Under the pieces are notes generated by a model. It saw only the letters and a list, made by a program, of their open reading frames with translations. It was not told the DNA's origin and made no database searches. The position numbers were made by a program, and so were the translations under genes. Of a stretch of 64,000 nt of DNA, positions 1 to 8,542 are shown piece by piece (within the stretch, counting starts at the first letter, position 1; every line of letters begins with the position of its first letter). The DNA is from an uncultured Planctomycetaceae bacterium (GTDB taxonomy: Bacteria > Planctomycetota > Planctomycetia > Pirellulales > Thermoguttaceae): assembly GCA_963803125.1 (NCBI GenBank), contig CAWDLR010000003.1:2579548-2643547 (forward strand). Direction: 5' to 3'.

Positions 1-2147
1 TTCTCAGCGACGTCCACGTGACGGCCGACACGCGCGCCAACGCCCTGGTCGTTTCCGCGCCTTCGGAAAACCTGGATTTGCTGGAGGCGATCATCCACCG
101 TCTCGACGACCTGCCCGCGGCCGAGGCGCAAATCAAGGTGTTCACGATCATCAACGGCGACGCCAAGAACTTGCAGACGACCCTCGACGCGCTGTTCGCC
201 CTGCAAATGGCGCAGGGCGGGGGACAACAGGCGGGAATGCCGCAGGCGACGGTCGGCGGCGCCGCCGCCACGCTCGTTCCTCTGCGATTCGCCATCAATA
301 CCCGCACCAACAGCATCATCGCCTGCGGGTCGAAAAGCGACCTGGACGTGGTCGAAGCGGTGCTGACGCGATTGGACGACAACGTCAGAAACCGAAAGAG
401 CGTGGTCATCCGGCTGAAGAACTCGCCAGCCTATAACATCGCGCAGACGGTCAACAGTTTCCTCGCCTCCGAGCGACAAATGGAGCAGCAGTCCCCAGGC
501 ATGACCAGTGCCTTCGAGCAGATCGAGCGCGAAGTGGTGGTGGTGTCGGAGACCGTCACCAACAGCCTGGTGCTCAGCGCCACGCCGCGGTTCTTCGACG
601 AGATCAAGGCGATCATCGACCAACTCGATGCCCGGCCGCCGATGGTGATGATCCAGGTGCTGATCGCCCAGATCGATCTGGGCAGCACCAACGAGTTCGG
701 CATCGAGCTCGGCTTGCAGGACTCGGTGTTGTTCGACCGCAGTTCGCTGCAAAACATCCAGTACTCGTCGACCACGGTGCCGAATGGGACCACGGTGCAG
801 AGCATCGCCTCGGCCGATCTGAATCCCGGCTTCAACTTCAACAGCACGCAGCCGCTGGGCAACACCAGCGTGTCCACTTCGGATCCGGCCTCGGTCGGCG
901 GGCAGAGCCTGTCCAATTTCTCGCTCGGGCGGAGCAACTCCACGCTCGGCTACGGCGGCCTCGTCCTCTCGCTGTCCAGCGAGAACATCACCGCCCTGAT
1001 CCGCGCGTTGGCCGAAAACCACCGCATCGAAGTCCTGCAACGACCGCAGATCATGACACTGGACAATCAGCAAGCTTACGTCCTGGTCGGCCAGAGCGTG
1101 CCGACGATCAGCAGCGTCAACACGACAACGACCGGCATCAGCAACTCGGTGCAGCAGCAGAACGTCGGCCTGAGTCTCCTTGTGTGGCCGCGAATTAGCC
1201 CCGACGGCCTGATCGTCATGCAGATCGACGCCGAGAAATCAGCCTTGGAGTCCGACTCTACCGGCATCCCGATTTACGCCTCGAACAACGGCACGGTCAT
1301 CCGCTCGCCGATCATCGATAAAACCACGGCGCAAACGACCGTCAGCGCCATGAGCGGGCAGACGGTAGTGCTGGGCGGACTGATCGCCAAGAGCACGAAC
1401 GAATCGCACCGTAAGGTGCCGTTGTTGGGTGATGTGCCGGTGTTGAAGTACCTTTTCCGCTTCGACACCACCACCACCGCCCGGACCGAGTTGCTGATCA
1501 TCATGACGCCACACATCGTCAAGAACGAAGCCGACGCCGACACGATCAAGCAGGCGGAGGCGGCTCGAATGAGCTGGTGCCTGTGCGACGTGACCGCGAT
1601 GTACGGCGAGGCCGGCCTGCGGCGACGCTGCGACAACTGGTCGGACGCCGAGACCAAGGTGATCTATCCCGACATGAAATACGAACCGGGCTCGCTGCCT
1701 GCGGAAAGGGAGGAACCCGAGCAGGTTCCCACGCCGGCCGGCACGTCGGCACAACCGTCGCAGCAGCCGCCGTCGGCCAATCCGCCGGGCCCGCCGCCGA
1801 CGCGGGGACCGGCGGTGCTCGCGCCCGGCTCGAACGCGATTCGGCCGGTGCCGCCCGTCGGCGGCGAGTCGCTGCCTAACCCGCCGGAGGTGGAACTCCG
1901 TCGCCGCTGGATGGAATATCAGGCCCAACACGCGCCGAAGGGCTTGCCCGCACAGCAGGGGCCGATCCAGCCGGCGGTCTATCAACAACCATCGAGTCCA
2001 GACGCCGCCCAGCCGGCGACCTATCAGCAGCCGATGCCGCCACAGCAGCCGGCTCCGGCGCAGCAGCCGGCTCCGGCGCAGCAGTGGGCGCCACCGCCGC
2101 AGCCGACCCCGGCGCAGCAGCCGTATCAAGGTTCGTTCTCTCGTTAG
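1..2147 (+). CDS. Secretin (GspD/PilQ family), 5'-partial, with Pro/Gln-rich C-terminal tail
   Basis: Frame is open to the window edge. Repeated secretin N-domain-like modules (ANALVVSAP..LLEAII..LD; NSIIACGS..LDVVEAVL..LD). Secretin core present (ITALIRALAENHRIEVLQRPQIMTLDNQQA ... VPLLGDVPVLKYLFRF ... ELLIIMTPHIV). Tail about 1690-2140 is P/Q-rich with QQPAPA repeats. Confidence 0.8.
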   Translation, partial: LSDVHVTADTRANALVVSAPSENLDLLEAIIHRLDDLPAAEAQIKVFTIINGDAKNLQTTLDALFALQMAQGGGQQAGMPQATVGGAAATLVPLRFAINTRTNSIIACGSKSDLDVVEAVLTRLDDNVRNRKSVVIRLKNSPAYNIAQTVNSFLASERQMEQQSPGMTSAFEQIEREVVVVSETVTNSLVLSATPRFFDEIKAIIDQLDARPPMVMIQVLIAQIDLGSTNEFGIELGLQDSVLFDRSSLQNIQYSSTTVPNGTTVQSIASADLNPGFNFNSTQPLGNTSVSTSDPASVGGQSLSNFSLGRSNSTLGYGGLVLSLSSENITALIRALAENHRIEVLQRPQIMTLDNQQAYVLVGQSVPTISSVNTTTTGISNSVQQQNVGLSLLVWPRISPDGLIVMQIDAEKSALESDSTGIPIYASNNGTVIRSPIIDKTTAQTTVSAMSGQTVVLGGLIAKSTNESHRKVPLLGDVPVLKYLFRFDTTTTARTELLIIMTPHIVKNEADADTIKQAEAARMSWCLCDVTAMYGEAGLRRRCDNWSDAETKVIYPDMKYEPGSLPAEREEPEQVPTPAGTSAQPSQQPPSANPPGPPPTRGPAVLAPGSNAIRPVPPVGGESLPNPPEVELRRRWMEYQAQHAPKGLPAQQGPIQPAVYQQPSSPDAAQPATYQQPMPPQQPAPAQQPAPAQQWAPPPQPTPAQQPYQGSFSR

Positions 2148-2157
2148 GAAACGTCGA

Positions 2158-2208
2158 GTCGCCTTTCGCTCCGCCAAAGCGGCGTGCTTTCGCGGAGCGA
2201 AAGGCGAC
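2158..2208. repeat. REP-like hairpin (GTCGCCTTTCGCTCCGC / GCGGAGCGAAAGGCGAC) just after the secretin stop
   Basis: Perfect 17-bp arms at 2158-2174 and 2192-2208. Possible terminator. Confidence 0.8.
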
Positions 2209-2241
2209 AGTAATAGCCCTGTCACCGCAAAGGGATTCCGC

Positions 2242-3369
2242 ATGTTGGCCGCGTACAGAAGACCTGTCCGTTTTGCTCCGCGGAGCCTGCGCAAGGCTCT
2301 CGGCGGCCTGTTGATTCTGGGATGGCTTGCGGCGGCGGCGCACGCCGAGTTGTGGCGGCCGTGGCCGTTTGGCGATGACAAGCCCGGCAAACCGGAGCGG
2401 GTCGTCGCCATGTGGACCGACACCGTGCTGACGCGGAGCGACACGCCGCCGGTACGGGGTTTCGGCGGGCGGTTGATGTTTTACGAGGGAAAGAAGGAGA
2501 GCCCCATCAAGGTCGAAGGCACGCTGGTGGTCTACGCTTTCGACGAGAACGGCCGCGATCCGGGCAGCGCCCGGCCCGACCGAAAATACATCGTTACGCA
2601 GCAGCAGCTTCCCGCCCACTACAGCAAATCGAAGATCGGGCATTCCTACAGCGTGTGGATTCCCTGGGACGAAGTGGGGGGCGTACAAAAGGAGATCTCG
2701 CTGATTGTGCGTTTCGAGCCGAAGAACGGCGCCGCGATCGTGGGAGAACAGCGGCGGCTGCTGCTGCCGGGCAAACCTCCCCGCCCGCGAACGGCCGGTG
2801 CAGTGGCGATCCCTTCCGTGGGGAACTACCCCGCGGCGACGGGCGACGCGGCCACGGCGTACGGCGGCGTGCGATGCGCCTCTTATGAAGCCCCGATGAC
2901 CGCCGGCGAGGCAATGCAACAGTACGACAGCGGGCGGCCGCGGCGAATGGCGACCGCGACCATCGCGATTCCGCCGGAGATGGCCGCGCGGGCGCCGAGC
3001 GGCGGAACGGCAGGGGGTAACTGGCAACAACAGCAGCCGGCCGCATCACAAACGTACGCGCCGCCGACGCCTTGGTGGGCTTGGCAAGTCCCTAGCGCGA
3101 CGCGGCCGGCCTACCAGCCGCCCCAGCAGCAGTCGCAGGCGAGCCCGCAGACGGCTTCACAGGCTTCGCCGAACCCGCCACCATTAATTGGTTATCCACT
3201 TGGTCGACAGCGGCCTCTAGGCGCGCCACCCGCTCCGCTAAGTCACGATCGTGCTCAGTGGCCACAACTCCCCGAAGGATCGCAGTTCGCCCCCGGACCT
3301 CAACCTGGTTCTGGCTGCGCCAATGGATCCCCGGCAAACCCGCCAACCGCTTGGTCACCGCAGAATTGA
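2242..3369 (+). CDS. Hypothetical secreted protein with P/Q-rich C-terminal half
   Basis: N-terminal signal-like segment (LGGLLILGWLAAAAHA). Non-repetitive globular region to about 2800. No in-frame stop before 3367-3369, so the 3' end overlaps the convergent BON gene. Confidence 0.55.
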   Translation: MLAAYRRPVRFAPRSLRKALGGLLILGWLAAAAHAELWRPWPFGDDKPGKPERVVAMWTDTVLTRSDTPPVRGFGGRLMFYEGKKESPIKVEGTLVVYAFDENGRDPGSARPDRKYIVTQQQLPAHYSKSKIGHSYSVWIPWDEVGGVQKEISLIVRFEPKNGAAIVGEQRRLLLPGKPPRPRTAGAVAIPSVGNYPAATGDAATAYGGVRCASYEAPMTAGEAMQQYDSGRPRRMATATIAIPPEMAARAPSGGTAGGNWQQQQPAASQTYAPPTPWWAWQVPSATRPAYQPPQQQSQASPQTASQASPNPPPLIGYPLGRQRPLGAPPAPLSHDRAQWPQLPEGSQFAPGPQPGSGCANGSPANPPTAWSPQN

Positions 3370-3988
3370 GTTGCGGCGAAAGCGGCGGGGAGTTCGTGAA
3401 GCCCACGGTCCAGACGGTGCGAATTGCGGTGCTGCCGCTGCTTCGCATGTTTCCTTGACCGTTGGGATACTGTCCCGAGTCATTCGGATACATGGATGAG
3501 TTATTGCCGAGACCGGACATTCCCGACCCCAGTCCTTGCATGCCGGGCATGCCGAGCCCTGACGTGCCGCCGAGCCCGGTCATCCCCGTGCCCATGCCCG
3601 TGCTGTTGGCTTGGGCGGCACCGACGAAGCCGCGTCCGGTCAACTGCTGTTGGTTGACGCCGACGAACGATTGCCCGCCGTAGCCCGAACCCATCGAGCT
3701 CATACCCATCGAGGAGCCGAAGCTCCCCATGCCGCTCGACATGTTGCCGAATCCGCTGCTGCCCATTCCCAGTCCCGTTCCCATTCCGCTCCCCATTCCC
3801 ATTCCGCCGAGGCCGGAGCCGGAGGAACTGCCGAAACTGCCGAGTGAGGAGCTGCCGAAGGAGCCGAGGCCAGAACTGCCCGAGCCGAGGCTGCTGCGGC
3901 CGCCGCTTGACAACTGCCCCCACGCCGCCCGCGGCTCACTGGCCAGGGCCGCCAACAAAACCGCCGAAATTGCAAGAGTCCATCGCAT
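3092..3988 (-). CDS. BON-domain protein with long Gly/Ser/Met-rich low-complexity region
   Basis: ATG at 3988 preceded by AGGAGA. Signal peptide MRWTLAISAVLLAALA. G/S/M-rich region. C-terminal BON-like segment (VEVRGRTAILRGVVATEHDRDLAERVARLEAAVDQVDNQL). Confidence 0.65.
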   Translation of the reverse strand: MRWTLAISAVLLAALASEPRAAWGQLSSGGRSSLGSGSSGLGSFGSSSLGSFGSSSGSGLGGMGMGSGMGTGLGMGSSGFGNMSSGMGSFGSSMGMSSMGSGYGGQSFVGVNQQQLTGRGFVGAAQANSTGMGTGMTGLGGTSGLGMPGMQGLGSGMSGLGNNSSMYPNDSGQYPNGQGNMRSSGSTAIRTVWTVGFTNSPPLSPQLNSAVTKRLAGLPGIHWRSQNQVEVRGRTAILRGVVATEHDRDLAERVARLEAAVDQVDNQLMVAGSAKPVKPSAGSPATAAGAAGRPAASR

Positions 3989-4007
3989 GACCAAGTCTCC
4001 TAGACCG

Positions 4008-4063
4008 GTAGGTTATGCTTCAGCATAACAAAAAGTGAGCTGTTATGCTGAAGCATAACCTAC
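4008..4063. repeat. REP family E pair (GTAGGTTATGCTTCAGCATAAC)
   Basis: Inverted pair at 4008-4029 and 4042-4063. The same unit occurs at 29534-29667 and 63689-63745. Confidence 0.85.
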
Positions 4064-4115
4064 GGGATTGCTTACCCCAACAGTAACAGTATCGTACACC
4101 GTTTCGACGAAATCG

Positions 4116-5063
4116 TCAATTCTTGCCGTATCCCTCAACTTCGATGCCGCCGCGAAGGTTGTCGCCGTCGTGCAGTCGGCGGCGATGGCCGTCGTAATCG
4201 AGGGTAACTTCGCGGCCGGGGTCGATCTTGCGAATCGTCCCGCCGTGTTCGCCGACCTTGAACTTGCCGCCTTCCTGCAATTGCCACACCTTGCCCCCCA
4301 TCCGATCCTGAATCCATACCTGGCGGAAGCCGTCAACCTCGGTAAACCCGGTTACAAAGGTAAACTGTGCGGTATCGACGGGCTGCGGTTTCTCGGGAGT
4401 CTTGTCCGCCATAGTCCCTCGGGGCGGCGGCGTGTAGCGGGCAAACAAATTCCGCTTGACGATCGGGTCGCGGTAATCGTCGACCTTGGTCAACTTCAGC
4501 CCTGTCCCCTTCTCCTTGCTAAGCTGGTCCTTGCGGTCGGCGTTGGGCAACGACAACGCCTCGATCGTAATGCCCACGTCCAACTCGCTGCTGTGCTCGA
4601 CGGGCTTCATCGTCAAGATGCGAATCTGATGCAGATGACCCGCACTGTAGAAGTCGTAGAGGAACTGCGTCAGGTCGGCCAACGACACATGGCCGCGAAC
4701 CGTGAACTTCATCCGCGTATAGATGTTGGCCCGCGACTCCATGTTATTCGATTCGACCGCGAGCGGATGGAAGTGACAGCGGTCGGCCAGGCCCCGCAGC
4801 CAGGTCTGGTAGAGCGTCCGCGCCGTGATCCGATCGGAGGGCAACGCCCGCTTGCGCCAATCCCGCATCAGTTTTTGGTCACGCTGGTCTTCGGTCGCCA
4901 GTGCGCGTTTGGTGAGGACCTCCGGCTTCAGGTTTTGCAGGTCGGCGGTAAGCTCGGTAGAGGAACGGCTCTCGAAGCCGAACAGGAGAAAATAGGCGGC
5001 CAGCACGGCCAGCAGTCCGCCGGTGGCGTAGGCCAGGGTCTTCTCGCGGCGTTGCAGTTTCAT
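4116..5063 (-). CDS. GspM/PilO-like secretion-system assembly protein
   Basis: ATG at 5063 overlaps the upstream stop (ATGA, 5060-5063). Single N-terminal TM (LAYATGGLLAVLAAYFLLFGF) followed by a periplasmic domain. Occupies the last position of a G-to-M ordered operon. Confidence 0.55.
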   Translation of the reverse strand: MKLQRREKTLAYATGGLLAVLAAYFLLFGFESRSSTELTADLQNLKPEVLTKRALATEDQRDQKLMRDWRKRALPSDRITARTLYQTWLRGLADRCHFHPLAVESNNMESRANIYTRMKFTVRGHVSLADLTQFLYDFYSAGHLHQIRILTMKPVEHSSELDVGITIEALSLPNADRKDQLSKEKGTGLKLTKVDDYRDPIVKRNLFARYTPPPRGTMADKTPEKPQPVDTAQFTFVTGFTEVDGFRQVWIQDRMGGKVWQLQEGGKFKVGEHGGTIRKIDPGREVTLDYDGHRRRLHDGDNLRGGIEVEGYGKN

Positions 5064-6506
5064 GGCTTCGCCCCCCGATCGAACTTGACGGTGTGGTCGA
5101 AGCGCCACGAATACTGCTTGTCGGCGGGGTCTTCGCTGCTGCTCTTGCTGGTGATCCGACCGACGCGGGCGCGAATGCGCTCCTCCATCTCTTCGATGAC
5201 ATGAACGTCGCGTGCCGAGCCTCTTAGATCCACTTGGATCTCATCCTGCCGGACGGCGAACGACAACTCATGCAGGATCGCGTCTTTGGACCGCGGAAGA
5301 CCCTTATTCAGGGCGAGAAACCCGTCGAGCCAGTCCGTGTCCTCGGCCGTCCATTTCGAGATCGCGGCGGCGGCAGTGCGAGCCATCTTCGCCTCGGGCT
5401 TGTTGGCGTCGTTGTCGAGCCGCTTGATCTCATTTTGCAGGTTTTCGACTTCGCAGGCCAGCAGGTAGTGGTCGATGCGAGCATAGGCGAAGTACGCCAG
5501 CAGCAGCACGCCCACGGCCGAGCCGGCCATGATCCACTTCCGCCGCTTGCTGGGCGGTGCGGGCCGGCGGCGGGGGTGTAAGAAATCGACCGCGGGGGTC
5601 TCCTGCCGCAGTTCCGCCTGGCACATGCCCAACAACGGGGCGAAACGCCCGGGGTGTTCCAGCGGTTTACCGCGCAGGCCCGGGCCGCGATCGAATCCGC
5701 CGAACGGATCGAACAACTGCACCGGGATCGATAATTCGGCCTCGACGCTCCGCGCCAAGTCGGCGTGGATTCCGTCCTGGCCGCAGAGCACGATCGCCGC
5801 GACCTTCCGCCCGTTCAACTGGCTCTGCACGGCGGCCATCGTCAGGCGGATTTCGGCCAAGAGCGCCGGCAAGGGGGGCGAACCGCCGCCAAGCCGCATC
5901 GTCCGCAAGAATAACGCCTTGCCGTCGCAGACCGCCGTCAGATCGACCTCGTCGGAGAGCATATCCACCAGCAGCCGCAACTCCCCCTTTGCCCCGGCCA
6001 GGTCGCCGGTCAGCAGCGACGCCGCGGCGCAGGGGCGAAGCAGGAGCCGCTGCATCTTGAGGTCCGCCCGCTGGCAAACCGCCTCGATCTGCCGGATCGC
6101 CGCCGGACCGATCGCCATCGCCAACACCGTGCGCGGCCCCTCGGTCCCCTGGTCGATCGGCACAAAGTCCAACAGCCATTTCTCGTCGAGCTCGTTGAAC
6201 TCCCTGGCGGCCTGAAAATGGACCATATCGGGCAGTTCTTCGTCGGGCGCGGGGGGAAGTTGAAGCTGACGCAGCTCGATGCTGCCCCGGCCTATGGCGA
6301 CCAGCGTCGGCGGACGCCCGATGCCGCGAGCGTCCAATTCCTCGGCAATCCGCCGGCCGACGTGGTCTTCCGCCTCGCCGGCCGCCGCGTCCTCCTCGTT
6401 CCAAGGAACCAGGAAGGCGTGCTCGATGAAAATCCGGCTGCCGCGCCGAAGCGGTGACCACACGGATCTCATGGCTGTTCCATTCGAGGGCGAGAAGTTG
6501 AGACAT
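5060..6506 (-). CDS. GspL-like protein (PilM-like actin-fold domain, TM, then PilN-like periplasmic domain); N-terminus appears frame-shifted near 6440
   Basis: 492-aa ORF 5060-6538. Cytoplasmic domain, then TM (WIMAGSAVGVLLLAYFAYA), then coiled-coil and alpha/beta tail. A second frame (ATG 6506) encodes MSQLLALEWNSHEIRVVTASAR, which joins naturally to ..SRIFIEHAFLVPW of the main frame. Confidence 0.65.
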
Positions 6507-6626
6507 GCGTCGGGCTCACAGGTTGTCTGTCGCGCCATCTTCGCAGTTGGAGTGACAGTTGCACTTCCAACTCAACCGTGCCTGGGCGACACAATCGAAA
6601 TCACATCACACGAGATCGGGTACGTG

Positions 6627-6779
6627 CTTTTTCACTAGCCCAGGCGTTTACGCCCGGGAGCGAAGAACCCACACCACCGCGCTTTTTCGACTGGTCCCCT
6701 TAAGGGGACCGAATAGAAAAGGAACAGGGGATAAGGCGGCCCTTCCGACCCAGGCGTGAACGCCTGGGCTAGTGAAAAG
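6627..6779. repeat. REP family A composite (CTTTTCACTAGCCCAGGCGTTTACGCCTGGG) inverted pair
   Basis: Arms at 6627-6658 and 6749-6779, with an inner palindrome GGTCCCCTTAAGGGGACC. Lies between gspK and the gspL-like gene. Confidence 0.85.
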
Positions 6780-6901
6780 ACGCGATATCAACGTCGAACT
6801 CGGAGAACTCCTTCAATTGTCAGTGCTGGACGGCATTGCAGCAAAACGTTTTCACTCCACCCCTTATGTCGAGGCATAACTCATGGGTTCACAACTTGGA
6901 T

Positions 6902-8515
6902 TCACGGGCTGTTTGTCGCGGCCTCGCGGGCGGCGGTCTCGACCGGAAAGCCGGTCGGCAGACGGCTCATATCTTTCCAGAATAATACCTTGGTGGGCGA
7001 TTTGCTAGCATCAAGGATGACTTCCAGCCGCGCCGTCGGCCCACCCCCCTCGAAACTGCCCAGGATTTGGGCCCGATAGACCTTCCCCCCCGCCGTAATG
7101 ACGGGCAATATCTTCTTCATCGTCGCCAGCGGGATAATCCCCTCGCATAGGGGCCATGTCTCGTACTTGTGGTCGTCCGAGTCGTTCTTCGGGTCCTCGA
7201 TCCGCTTGGAGATGATACTGTCGGCCATGTCGCTGGTCATGTTCGGAATGCAGAGCAGGACCGCCCGCGGGGCCTGGTTGATGTTGATCCGGCCTTTGAT
7301 CGTCTCCTCGGTGCTGGTGGTGGCGTTCTCCATCAACTTCGGCAGGTCGCTCGACATCGAACCTTCGGTGAAGGGCGACTTCACAGTGATAGGACGCGGC
7401 GTCTGCTGATGGCCTTGTGTTCCGGTCCCGGCCGCCGGCGTATAGGTCGCGGTGGCACCGACCAGATCCAACACGGTCGTCAACTGGACGGTGGCCTTTA
7501 GCGTCGAAACGTCGACGTGGTCCGCTACGGTGCTCACGGCGACTGCGCTTGGCGGAGGCTGGCCGTTTGCGCTGTCCGGCGCCGGCTTGCCGCCGCTGCG
7601 ATACAAGACGATGAACATGGCAGAGTTCTCGTCGAGCGCTTTCGCCAAGTCGTCGTGGAGTTTTTGCAGATCGGTACCGTTGAGATTGATTTTCTGGGTG
7701 CCGTCGGACTTGAGCGTCGATTCGGCGCTGTAGATCGTGAGGTAGGCGGCCCAGCCGTGGTCCATCGAGCCGTCGGAGTTGTCGACTTGGGCCATGGGAT
7801 CGCCGGAGGCGGGATCGACCAGGCCCATCGGAACCGCATCCAGCCCGTATAACAACTGCGGCGTGACCCCGCGCACCAGCAAGAGCTCGTCGATCGACTG
7901 GAGCGAGCCGTTTCGCGGGGCATATGGGGGCGTGAGCGAATTGTAGTAAGACGATTCCGCCCCGTTGTCGCGCGGCGTGTCGTCGGTGTCGAGCCAATCG
8001 AGAATCGCGTCGGCGATCTCGTCGGTCATGCTCGGCAACTGCATCAGCGTCGCCTTGGCAACGGGATTGGGATTCGAACTTGAACTGGCGCTGCCCGCGA
8101 TCGTGACCAATTTATCCATTTCCAGCAGGGTGTTGAGATTGATCCGCATCGATTCGTCTTGCAGGCCGTAGCGGACGCCGCTGATGCGGTTGTTTTCGTA
8201 CGTGGGGGCGATGACGGAGAAGTAGCCGCACAACTGCGGCGTGGGGTCGGGGGCGGCCACGGTGTGCCCAAAACGCTGGGAATTGTCATAGATGCCGCCG
8301 GCGTCGGTCTGGTCGTCGGCAGTGCGGTCGAGGAACTGGCGGGCCACCTCGGCGCCCGATTGGGCGAAGGCGCGTGCCCGGGCCTGCCGGGCAGCGGTCT
8401 CGACGGCCTTCCGTTCGTTGAGCATCAACTCGCAAAACGTCATGCTGGCCAGCGCCAGCAAGGCGACGACCACCAGCACCAACAACAGGATGACGCCGCG
8501 TCGGTTGGTTTTCAT
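6902..8515 (-). CDS. gspK: Type II secretion minor pseudopilin GspK-like
   Basis: N-terminal hydrophobic segment (RRGVILLLVLVVVALLALASM). GspK-like motifs (MRINLNTL, ILDWLDTDD, SIDELLLVRGVTPQLLYGL, RININQAP). Confidence 0.75.
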   Translation of the reverse strand: MKTNRRGVILLLVLVVVALLALASMTFCELMLNERKAVETAARQARARAFAQSGAEVARQFLDRTADDQTDAGGIYDNSQRFGHTVAAPDPTPQLCGYFSVIAPTYENNRISGVRYGLQDESMRINLNTLLEMDKLVTIAGSASSSSNPNPVAKATLMQLPSMTDEIADAILDWLDTDDTPRDNGAESSYYNSLTPPYAPRNGSLQSIDELLLVRGVTPQLLYGLDAVPMGLVDPASGDPMAQVDNSDGSMDHGWAAYLTIYSAESTLKSDGTQKINLNGTDLQKLHDDLAKALDENSAMFIVLYRSGGKPAPDSANGQPPPSAVAVSTVADHVDVSTLKATVQLTTVLDLVGATATYTPAAGTGTQGHQQTPRPITVKSPFTEGSMSSDLPKLMENATTSTEETIKGRININQAPRAVLLCIPNMTSDMADSIISKRIEDPKNDSDDHKYETWPLCEGIIPLATMKKILPVITAGGKVYRAQILGSFEGGGPTARLEVILDASKSPTKVLFWKDMSRLPTGFPVETAAREAATNSP

Positions 8516-8542
8516 AGCCCTTGCATCTGCTGCGCGAATGTG

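Noticed and set aside
1239-2444. 401-aa Arg-rich ORF antisense to the secretin gene (also 1876-3030, 384 aa)
   Set aside because: Arg/Gly/Pro-dominated composition typical of out-of-frame or antisense ORFs in high-GC DNA. It fully overlaps a well-supported secretin and the next gene.
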